Part shown: positions 52,455 through 64,000 of the stretch, one piece after another
How the letters are laid out: each line of letters opens with the position of its first letter
How positions within the stretch are numbered: the stretch's first letter is position 1
Assembly (NCBI GenBank): GCA_964035545.1
Contig: OZ037765.1
Span: 24,365,504-24,429,503 of the forward strand
Source: Bugula neritina
Taxonomy: Eukaryota; Animalia; Bryozoa
Direction: 5' to 3'
DNA length: 64,000 nucleotides
Made by a program: the position numbers and the translations under genes
The notes under the pieces: model-generated
What the model was told of the DNA's origin: nothing
Database searches by the model: none
What the model saw: the letters and a program-made list of their open reading frames with translations, nothing else

Positions 52455-55303
52455 CACAACCTGCTGCTGGCTCTTTATGATGAACTGCTGACGGCAGCAG
52501 GATTGATAGATTAGATCAGTGAACCTAAAATATCAAATATTACTGAACATCAAGTATGATTCTTCCATTGATACTCAGCTTAGAGTTCATTGATAATATC
52601 ATTAGAGGAAGAAGGTTGCTGCATGGAGTTCATCACCTGCTGATAACAATCTGTTATTGCCACGTCTATAGTAAATAATATTCTGATAACTAAATACTAC
52701 CCTTATATCATATAAAGCTGATAAAATACACTCATCACATTCTACATTGCATACCCATCTCTTCCATCTTTCTAACCTATATGCTGGTATCACAGCTATA
52801 GCATAAAAACATGTGCAGTAAGTGTTGTAAGTTCAAGCTATAATACAACTACTCAAATTCAAGTTTAATTAGTCTAATTATGTTATTGAACAACAGAAAA
52901 AAAGGGTAATTACTCAAAACAGCGAGCTAGTAGCTCTCCACTCGGATACCTATGCAGAAAATTTGTGCAAGTTTAGAAATTTAACAGATTTTAAGTGATA
53001 TATTTTTACACTTGTGCATACAATGCTAGTCAGACCTCCTACAGCTATCTATTCGCAAAAATGTGTTTGCATTTAGAAAAACACTTACCAGACTGAAGAG
53101 AGCTTATATTATCAATATAAGCTGCAAAGAGATTTACGGTAACTGCCAATGGTAATGCTAGACAGATGTATATATACTCATATATACATATATACGTATA
53201 TACGCAGGAGTTCTCATTAGGCGGTAACTGATTCAACTCACCTCATACTCATTATAACAAGCCTTGTGACACTTTTTCAAAATTCTAATAATCAATATTG
53301 TCAATGCTGTGCAACCAGAATAACCAGAATATACTATATTATAATATACCATGATTATGGTCACTTTTTAATTCCAAGTACTTTGTAGAGTTTACAGTTA
53401 GTTGAATGTAGATATATAATATGTTTTTAATTTATAAAACATGTTGCAAAGCATATTATTTTATATAAAACTTGAATTTGACTCAAAAAGGCTTCCAATT
53501 ACATTAATTGCAGACATAATTGAATAAATAACAAAATAAAGGGGCTTTGACCCACAGAGAGTGATTAAGGCTTTCAAATAACTGGTATTTTTCCAAAAGT
53601 GCCATTAAACAGATATATCCTATTAGTTTAATGGTAGAATACCACGCTATATACTGGTCATTAATTATAGAGCTTTCAATTAAGTGACAAATAAAGCTTG
53701 AAACTAACCTTTCTAGGGGGCAGAAGAAAACTAAGTAATTTACAAATGTAACAATTCGCTTGTAGACAAATTCATTGATTTGCTAACTACAGTTTTTGAG
53801 AGCAATGATAAAAAACCCACCAACTGCTAGCAGAATGTGACTATGTTATCAGATATAACAACTAACATATGTATAACTTTTCAGAAACATGAGTAGAACA
53901 TTGAGGCCAGTAAAAATGTAATCATTCATCACGAGTATGAGTAGCCCCTGGCTTATGCAGGTAAACATGCTACACAATATGTGCAACAGTCTAGATGGAC
54001 ACACACTTGTTACTATTTTCAGAAATTACACACATTAAACCATCACTCATCATCAAGTAATACTACAAAGTGATAAGTAATATTGGAATCGAAAAGATAG
54101 CTTGTATGATGCATCATTGCTTAGTTACAATAGCTATTTAAGTAATTTATATTTATCATTAATATAAAAACTTACCTTACTGAGCAACAAAATAAAATAG
54201 TTTAATTAAATTGGGTAATAAAGAAACAAAAGCATGTTGTAGGACTCAAATTTTATGTACAATGACGCAATTGCCTGCTTGCTCCTTAAAGTTAAAAGGG
54301 TGAGTTTAGCTGCAGTTCAGCTAATCTCGCTAATTTATCTGCAAGATAGCAAGAATATTAATAACATAGCTGATAATCTTACCTGTTTTAATTAATTAAT
54401 GTTTGTATACTGCAGGTTTGTCTCCTACGTAAATATTTTCTTCATAGCATTGCTGATGCCAATTCGATAGACTTTGCAGATTCAGAAGATTACAGTATTA
54501 AACTATCCAATTCATCACACTTGTGTCTCTTCTAGCACCTAATCCTCCACAAATCACAAACTAATCTTATTTCTTCATGTAGAATGACCTCTCTATATTC
54601 AATAGAACCCAATTATCAATTAGTAGGCTACCAATAACTGCAGGACCAACCTTTCAGCTTGTTAGTAGGCTACTGGTTTTGTAATTGGCTTCAACACAGA
54701 AGTAATGCAAAACCTTTCAAATGCTCTAACAAAACTGTTATCAAGCAGTCAGAACAATGCTAAAACCACTTCCAATTTTAACTATTGTTAGCAATGCAGC
54801 AGCGAAGGCCAATGCAATATTATCATTGCACTAATTGCAAATACTTTACCAGTGAGTCACTCAATTGGGGGCAGTGTTTTACATACAAAGACTGACAACT
54901 TCAGTTTCATTCATGCTAAGGTTGTACTAAAAACAAGTACTTTAGTCCACAGAATAGGCTGAGTCTAATTTATTCCTACTAATTGGGTCCTTCCTTGAGG
55001 CTAAATTTATTGTTATAATTAAAAAATACAGCATTTAAAAAAGTCAATAATAAACATAGGACATAAGAATACAAATGAGCAGGAATGATGGTAAAATAGA
55101 AAAAACAATATCTAAACTTACACAAGAGTATTCAGGTGCAGCTTGATGTGATGTTATTGATTGTGAAATAAGCAAAAATATATATGCATTGTATATAATT
55201 CAATATTTTACTAGAGCTTTAAATAGTAAAAAGTATATATGGTAAATGAATAGATAAATACACACAACCGAAAAAATAATCAAAATTCAGGAATATTATG
55301 ACT

Positions 55304-58300
55304 TTAAAGACAAGGAATTGCATCACCCATGATGGGTACGATAGTAAGTAGAAGCTAATGTAGACGACACATTAGCATTTATCTCAGGAACATCTACAAA
55401 CTCAATTTGACAAGAGTGGTGAGGGGCACATGGGACACTTTCTAGTTCTGTCACTGTAACAATATTGTCACCTGCCTTTAGAACTGATGAAGGTACAAAT
55501 AGAGTTTTTTGTGGACCTCTAACTGGCCAATACCTGCCAATGTTGAAGTTGTTAATCTCAACGTGCCCCTATAAATAAACACAAACACACGCAATAGAGC
55601 ATGAAATGCTTTAAGGCTGCCTACTAGTGAGATGAACAAAATGTGTGTGAGAGCTTGCTAGTGGCTACTGTATTTATTGACATATTCATGACGATAAAAC
55701 ATCATAATGTTATGCTGAAAACTATGTCTTTAACAGGCCTAGTGTATAAACTAAACTATTACTAGCTCACTAAAATCAATTACATTCAGTTTATGTTGAA
55801 CATAGCTTACTGAGCATAAACTCTCCTCTACATACTACAAACATACATGACTTCTACCAAGTATCAAATGCAGTACATTAGATTGTTTATACATCAAAAT
55901 ATTATTTACTGTAAGATCTGGTTGTATCAACTTTTTTATGTTTATAGCCTTGGATTGTAAAGAAATTGGTGAAAACACAACTCTCAATTTTCCTAAATTT
56001 CAATTCGGCTAAGCCCTAAAGTCTAAAGTCACGCTAAACTGTCTTAGAAATAGTTGACTAGATACATATGCAGTTATTCATAATAAACATCCAACCAGCA
56101 AAAATAAATAACGTAACAAAAATTATTTTTACAAGATATAAATAAAGTGTTTTTAAATCAGTAAAAGACTTGAAAGGAATGTACAATATATGTTGTTAAT
56201 ATACTATAATGCATTTAAACTAAATAGTATGCATAGAATGCAATGTTAAAACACCAAGTATAATATCCAATGATGAAGTTATATAGCAAAGTACATGTAT
56301 GTACAAACTAGTAATCTAAGAAATCTTACATCTGTTGACGACATTAGCATTGTCTCAAGACAGGATATTCTGACATGATAAGCTATCAATAAATCTACAT
56401 AATTATTATGGACATTCGCATCCTCAGTGAATGAACACAGTTTTCTATCTGATTGTAGGGAAATAAACTAAATATAACTAGTTGAATGTGTTAGTAGATT
56501 ATTTTGCTGCTACATGCAAAATTAATCAATGAGTGAAGAAACCAAGTAGCAAATGCTAATAGTACTTGCAATGCAATTTTTAATTTTAAATGTTGAATTA
56601 AAGGTCTATGTCTGAGCATTTGGTATTATATTTCTCATCACCAAAAGTACTCTTTACTTCTTCAAAAAAATTAGTTTAACTAGATCCACATTCGGCAAGT
56701 ACTGGAAAACTAACAGTAAATTTATAAAATTTTGACAAATAACTGTAAAATTATAATAATTATATAAATATATAATTAGTCATCCAGTAAATGTAAACCC
56801 TGTCTGTTAAATTTACAAGACGAATGCAAAAAACCAAATTAGGTAATTATTATAGTTAAAAATGAATTACTTTGATTATTGTATAATAAACTATTATATT
56901 TGGCTAGGCAGTACCTCAAACATATTATTACATCATCTATAACATTAACAACAATCAATACTATTTTTATTATTTTTATAGAAAGCCTACATAACACTTT
57001 CAGTTTTTTCATCCCAACATGATAATTTTGTAAAAATGTTAGTCATGAGTAGACAATTGCTTATTGTACAACTCTTATTCACCAAAACTCTGAAACTCAT
57101 GACAAATGGTTGAATACAAATGTCTTGACGTCTTAGATATTAATAAGGTTTGTATGAACAGATTTTTATAGCTATGCATGGAAACACTTTCACCCATCAA
57201 AAGAATATTTGTTTAAAAAATATTGATTTTCCCTTTTGACCTCTAAAAAGGTAACTTGTAGGAATAGACATCAAATAGTGACAAAAGATACGAAGTTTAA
57301 CCAATATTTCAAATCTTTTGATAAAACTGTCTTCAAACATCAGCAAATCACATCAGCCAAAAATTCAATATTTCATGTCAACTGCACAACAAACTGACTC
57401 ACCTTATACCATCCATCTAGTCTGAGAAATGTATCAGCTGGCTGGTCAATATGAAGGATTCCCAGATAAGTAGATGGTACAAACTTGAGAACACCTTCAA
57501 CGTTACCAATGCCCCTGCAATAATATTACCAAACCTCCAGTATAAATAGAAACACTAATCCAGTGTTGTTGTGATCTGTACTTTTCATTTCAAAATGAAT
57601 TAATGGATGAATAAATGCCGAAAATAGATGAAATATTGCCTTGCCTATGTACGACCTTCCAGAAAGTAACCATGTATCCATCATAACAATGACAAAATTG
57701 CCAGGAAAAAGCATTAGATATATACAACAAGCCAAATTAAATAAGAAAAAAACTGCAAGTACAAAGTAAAGCTACTGTAACTAAAAGAAAGTTCTAGATG
57801 CATAACATAGCAAGCTGATGCAGTGTTCCATGTAACATGTCAACTGGAGTAGTGTGTAGTCAAATAATACTGACCTTAGTTTAGCACAGTGCTGCATGAG
57901 GGACATGTTGAACCTGAAGTTGAATATGTCCCACGTGGACACGTTCTGAGTAGATCCAAGAGTTACATTACTGATGATACCCTACAAAACATACAGTAGA
58001 ATATTAGAACAGAGCAATGTGGTTTCAATATAAAATCCTCGCATGGGGTTTATAGTTACCATCCCTGTGAGAATCACTGATGGAAAGAGTTTTTTAAGTA
58101 GGCTGAGGAGTTGTTCTCTATTGTGGCTGAGGAGCAATTACAACTCTTTCTAACATCACCAATGGCTTTTACTAGGATTCGAGCCACTGACTCCAAGTCT
58201 ACAAAGCCAGTGCTCTAACCAATAGACTACAGCTGCCCCCTATTTCAATATAAATATTATTGCAATACTTCAGTAAATTGGGGGATTATAAGTCACACAT

Positions 58301-61300
58301 ACTTTTCAAGTACCTAAAATTCAACAGGTTTTAAAAATACTTAAAGGGTGAAAACACAGCTTCAACTGCAGAATCTAACTATAAAACAAATAGGAATATT
58401 ATTATGTTTTACAGCTGCTATAATTTGTCGCGTTTCTTCAAACTTTTGAGTAAACCAAATTGCAATAATGGAGTTATGCTACCTTTGAGCCCCGGAGTAT
58501 TCCAGAGCCATAGCCAACTCTTCCCATATTGTCTACCAGTATAGTCAGGGAGTCTCCAGCCTTTCCTTCCACAGTCACTTCTGTAGGACCATCTCGGTAT
58601 ATTATCCCATAAAATAACTACAAAATAAATATAAAAAAGTCTGCACTGTTAATAATTATGAAACTTAATATGATACACAAAACAAATAAATAGTAATAGA
58701 ATACCAGTAAATAGGGACCAGTGTGTCTATATGTAGACTAATGTATGCAAACATGTTTTGCTCTTAGGTCAGTATTAGTCAACAAATTTGAAAGTTAAAG
58801 TTACTTGCTGAGCTAAATTACAATCCAGGGAAAAGTTGAGCTTTCATTTTGAATATTGATAATCTTTTCAAAAGTTGACGAAGAAGAAAAGAAAATGAAG
58901 AGGGTGGATAATTGTGCACTTACATTGTTGACAAGGACATATCCTCGATCTCGTATACCAGGTACAGACAACTTCACTCGTGGAGCATCTTCTTTTAAAA
59001 TATGTCTGTAGAGAAGATAGCCATAGCCCTAAAGTAGAGCCGCACACTGTCAGTATAATATACTACACACAGATCCACTCTTTACTAAAACATGCACTTA
59101 GCAGAATAATTACCGTGTCCATCAGCTCCGATCTGATTGGGAAAGAAACATGGACATCTGGAAACCCGTGAAGTTTAGAAAGCAAAGGGGCACATTCATG
59201 AAGAGGCCCTTGCAGGGTAACATTCAGTTTACCAAAAGCAACTTTTGTAGAGTTTTTGGGAGAGTCCATAGTCGGGAGTATTTTGTACTAAATATAAAAA
59301 TAACTGTTAATTATATAAATGCTCAGCAAAATATGTTTGAGATGCAATTTTAACGCAATTTCATAAAATGAATTATTAGAAGTTAAACTACAAAAATTAA
59401 AGAAGCAAATCCCACACCTTCCCGATTGTGTTTCGTATTAAGTAATATTTATAGGTGAGATCTCCAGCCTCTGTAAGGGCTGCATCGTAGTCGTATGAGG
59501 TGGGTACAGGACGGAAGGGGTTGTCACCAGGGGCGCCTAACAAACAGAAGTAAATATAAAGAAAGCAAAGCAAAGATAAATTAGGATTTTTGAAATAAAG
59601 AAAGTGGCTCCTAGAGTTGTTATAGCCATTATAGACTTTCCTACTGAGCTATCACTAAAATACTAGTACAGAAGAACGTTTTAAATTTACCTGAAGTGAA
59701 GCCAAAGTTGGTGCCGCCTATAAACATGTACATGTTAACACTGTTACGCATACGGAGACTGTCATCCAGTGTTTTAGCAGCAGCTGTTGCAGATACCTGT
59801 GAATGTTTAGACCCCCATAAATCCAGCCAACCAACGTAATACTCAGAGTTGACATAAGGTCCGTTGAAAGAAGAGTTCCAGATGTTCAGAACACGATATC
59901 CTTTCTTAGCATTACCTAAAACGCATGACAGTGAAGTAAAATAACTGTAACTTATTGCCATGGAACAATATTTTCCTTATTACCTAAAAGAACATAGCTA
60001 TGCATATATTCCTTTAGGTAAAACCTATAAAAAAAATTATTAAAACGCTAAGCTCTTGTAACTACAAATAATAAGATCTACAAAAACAAGATAATCAAAG
60101 ATAAGCATTTGATAGGCATTTACTATAAATAGAGTGAATGTGACTGTATGTTAAAATTAAAAGAAAAAAGAGGATGACTCCAAAACACTATAGGGTAGTC
60201 ATAGAATAAATGAAAAATTTGTTGTCCTGCAAGAGTTACTTTCTCACATGTAGAAGTTGAGTTCCTATTTGCCAATTAACACTGCCTAAATTTTAATTTA
60301 GTGTTCACTGTTATAACTGAACTATACTCAATTCAAAGTTTAAATGTGCGGTCAACATAGTTTAATCAGCAAGAGAGTTTGGAATGAAGGTGGATAGGCT
60401 TACCAGCTCCGAAGTCAACTGTAGTGAGAGTGCCATTAATAGCACCACATTTAAGATAGCCCGTGCCATCTCCGTCCGTGGTGAAATATACTACATCATC
60501 CACAAACAGTTTCTTATTGAGTTCCAACAAATACTTAGTGTAGTTGTAATCACATGCTTGAAACGACCCATACTCATTCTCTATCTGCAAGTTCAAAGTA
60601 CAACAAACTTCAGGTTATGTAAGCATTTTGCAAGCTTAGCTAGATCTGAGGACTGAAATTTTATCACAAAATTTAAAATATTGAAATTCTATACCTCAAT
60701 AATTTTCATATACAATAATTTTGGCAAACTAAAGTGTTGTCAAAAAATGGCTATACATAAAACTCACTTATGCAAGTTTATATTAGCCATTCCTGTGAGA
60801 AAACCCTTGATTGGAAAGGTTTTTTTGTTAAATCGGGCTAAGGACTTATTCAGATGGGGCACAGGAGCAATTATGACTGGATGCTCTTCCTAACATCACC
60901 AATGGCCCTTGTTGGGGTTCGAACCCATGACTCCGTGTTTACTAGGCAAACGCTCTAACCCCTAGACCACGGCTGCTCCCAACAAATAGGTTATACATGC
61001 TATGTGCTTATTGAAAATAGAGACTGTTTACTGAAATCTTCAACATAATATCTCCGACTACAAAGAGGGAGCCAAAGATATCTAAAGCAACACACATGCC
61101 CACACATAAAAGATATATAAGATGATACCTAGTTTCCTACTTGGTAAATAACAATAATTTCTCAATGGAACAACATATCTTGAAACTCAAAACTTATTTG
61201 AACTGAAGGACTAACCTGCACACTAATGATTGGTCCACCGTTAACGTAAAGCAATGGGCGGAGTTTAGGAAGAAGTACATTGAACCAATCAGTGACATGG

Positions 61301-63915
61301 CCGATGTATGCTGAAAACACACCGATTAAATTATTTTAGACCAGCATAATTATACCATGTTATGAACAGTAACAACTTAAAACTCCACCGCAAACTTCAC
61401 TTGCAAAATTGTTTGAAAAATAAAAACACGAACTTGTATTTAATCATTAAGTTGCATGATAATTATAATATTCAGACTAAAAAGTGTATGAGTCATGAAA
61501 ATTAAACACAGTGGATTGTTCTCTAAGCAAAATTGTTAAGTATTGTAACATATGAATCACATGCTATACTAACCTGGATCAGATGATCGGAGAGCTATTG
61601 AAGCATTATCTTTAATCAGCCAATAAGGGAAACCTCCCTAAGCACACAAAAAACAACAACATTATTGATATCTGATGAAAACTTCGTAATAGCCTATTCT
61701 TGTTACATAGTTAGTAGAAACATTGAAACATTTCCATTATTATATTATATAACTAAACTGAAATGTAAAAACACATATGAACTAAACGGAAGCAGGAATC
61801 GTTAAAGAAATATTATACGCATGTATATGGAAAATGTTGCCATAATTTAGCTGCTGTAAAACGGAATTTATTAACATTATCTATATATTATCAGTAGCAT
61901 TCTTGTAAAACACTAGTGTACAGTGTAATACGCTATGGTCGCTATCAAATCTAATCTATGTTTAACACTTGACACAATTGGCCATCATATCAAAGTCTAA
62001 AACTTTGTATTTATAGTTCAACTAAAATTCTATATTTTATATTAACCAGTGTACAAACTTGAATTTATAACTTTGGAATACGAGACTTCAACCATTGTTT
62101 ACCACGTAATTATGAAAAGCTTATGAAACTGACTGGCATCATGTGCTAGGGGTCAAAGTGCGATGTACAGAGGGTCACACAAACTTTATCAGCAGCCCTT
62201 ATGTCCAGTGAGTCAACTGATAACACAATGGATCATAACATGGCCTGGGATAATACCCAGTTCACATTTTTCACTGTGGTGTAAACGGTATATGACACTG
62301 TTTTAATTGTTTATACAGCAAAATACAATTCTTATTTGTTTTCTCAATCCGTGTTTGAATTTTTCGTGTTTTTAGAAAAATATCACGATACACTTAGATG
62401 TTACACTCATATGATACTGAAATACAAAACAGCCTAACACAAAATCTATGAACATGTGTATATAATTTAACTGGTTGAAAAATACTTACAAATTCCCACT
62501 CTGCACAAATATAAGGTCCAGGCCGAATTATAACCAACAAATCTAGTTTATGCGCCATAGTCAAGAAAGCTACCAAATCATGGGCACCATTGAACATAAA
62601 TTGTCCTTTTTCAATCTCGTGAAAGTTCCAAGGTACGTAACTAAAAACATGTCCTTAATTACTACATTGTATCATGTTAGAATTCTATTATATATGCATA
62701 TGTTATCACTAGCCACATGTTTGCCAAAGCCAACTATGATTGTACAAGAAAGCAATAATTCACTCATTTGTTGAGTGAAAAGTTATTACAGTTTTTCGAA
62801 TTTAGTCTATCTACTACACGTGAGTGCATTGCATCAATAAAACCAAGATAACTAGTTTGAGCACCTTAAGAAAACTGCCCTATTTCTGTCACAAAATAAT
62901 GTGATATATCACACAAAAACTACATGATGATATGTAAGATCCAAGTGATATAAAGATTTGAATTTAACATACACTTGTATAGCATCCAAACCAGCAAACC
63001 TCATCTTATACAGCCTGTCATACCACTGATCAGGATGCACACGTGAATAGTGTATGCTGCCTACAAATGATACAACAGATTTAGTAGGCAGGGAAGCATG
63101 ACGTTACATTCATTATTGATCAACACTGTAATATATTTCAAATAGTTACCTGATACATAATTGAAAGGTTCGCCATCTTTCAAAAATACACCTGCATCAT
63201 AGTCCACAACAAAACTTCGATCAGCTTGGATTGAGACCAAAACCTGAAACATAACCTCCTGAATAATGTTTTACATTACCATTGTCAACATTGCATTTTC
63301 ATACAGCATCAGATAAGTAGGCACATAATATACACTATCAGTACTATAAAAACATTGTGTACTGATATTGGCAAATTGGTTTCAGAATTACTATTATGAT
63401 GTTTAGCATAGCTAAAGAATTTATTAAAATGGTACAGTAAAAATAAACAAATTGCAAAGCAGCTACTGTAGCTAATAAAAACTACCAATAATTTCAATGA
63501 CAACAATTCCGAAACTGATAAAATAAAACACTTCAAGGCTATGATACAAAGATGAAACTGTCATAAAAACACTTGTACTAGTTAGTTTATCAAGAACTCC
63601 GATTTCAACATTTGCCACTTTTTATACAGTTTCAGATCTACTCAGTATGTCTATAATTAAGTTATGTGCATTATAAAAACAGACTGTATGCAATAACGAG
63701 GTAAAACCTTTCAATTAAAGATTGTAATGAGTATCCAAGAGTACTTTCTAAAAGCAACTTTGCTTTTTAGTGTCTTTGAATTATTTGCTCAGAGCACCTA
63801 AATCAATTGAGTAAATCCCACGCTTTCAGCGATAACATAAATTCTAAATGTTAAAATTCAACGTAAGGATACTTACGAAGCAAAGGCTTGTTAGATAGAC
63901 AGAAAATGATGTCAT
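55304..63915 (-). CDS. GLB1: Lysosomal beta-galactosidase (glycoside hydrolase family 35)
   Basis: 15 in-phase exons: 63915-63877, 63243-63150, 63060-62973, 62640-62490, 61637-61574, 61310-61216, 60584-60404, 59915-59691, 59536-59418, 59287-59114, 59028-58924, 58617-58483, 57981-57875, 57514-57403, 55568-55304. Signal peptide; [80 protein letters not shown]1L-type paralogue cannot be excluded. Confidence 0.95.
58036..58240 (-). mobile_element. tRNA-derived SINE, copy 2, with 12-bp target-site duplication
   Basis: Reverse complement GGGGGCAGCTGTAGTCTATTGGTTAGAGC..GGCTCGAATCC..GCCATTGGTGATGTTAG; TTTCAATATAAA at 58023-58034 and 58243-58254. Confidence 0.9.
60771..60980 (-). mobile_element. tRNA-derived SINE, copy 3
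   Basis: Reverse complement GGGAGCAGCCGTGGTCTAGGGGTTAGAGCG (A-box)..GGTTCGAACCCC (B-box)..GGCCATTGGTGATGTTAGGAAGAGCATCCAGTCATAATTGCTCC. Confidence 0.9.
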
Positions 63916-64000
63916 TTTTTCGACATAAAAAGTTCTACAAAAAATAAACAAACTGAGATAATACGTGCAGTGAAACAATTTAAGAAAACAAAAACATGAT

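Noticed and set aside
60910-60980. Apparent tRNA gene (A-box and B-box, cloverleaf-like)
   Set aside because: Continues into a body shared with two other dispersed copies, one with a TSD, so it is a SINE head.

Overview
AT-rich, intron-rich animal (invertebrate) genomic DNA; the taxon cannot be fixed from the window. Nine spliced or intronless protein-coding genes can be assembled by hand from GT/GC-AG boundaries and reading phase: Nup62 (-, 3' end runs off the window), CERT1 (+), GKAP1 (-), LSM11 (+), an unnamed multi-pass membrane protein (-), an unnamed probably N-myristoylated protein (+), an intronless NPY/PrRP/sNPF-type GPCR (-), TP53I11 (-) and lysosomal beta-galactosidase GLB1 (-). 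The most notable observations are: (1) a tandem-duplicated, phase-matched, apparently mutually exclusive exon pair inside the lipid-binding START domain of CERT; (2) a decayed 5.3-kb Kolobok-like DNA transposon (TTAA flanks, 24-bp imperfect TIRs) between GKAP1 and LSM11, carrying a frameshifted KolX/P2X7-ballast-like gene that still yields an open 128-codon spliced ORF; (3) long 3-nt-periodic TAN/NAN tracts that specifically flank the putative promoters; (4) three tRNA-derived SINE copies sharing a central domain. All family assignments come from recalled motifs, not from database searches.
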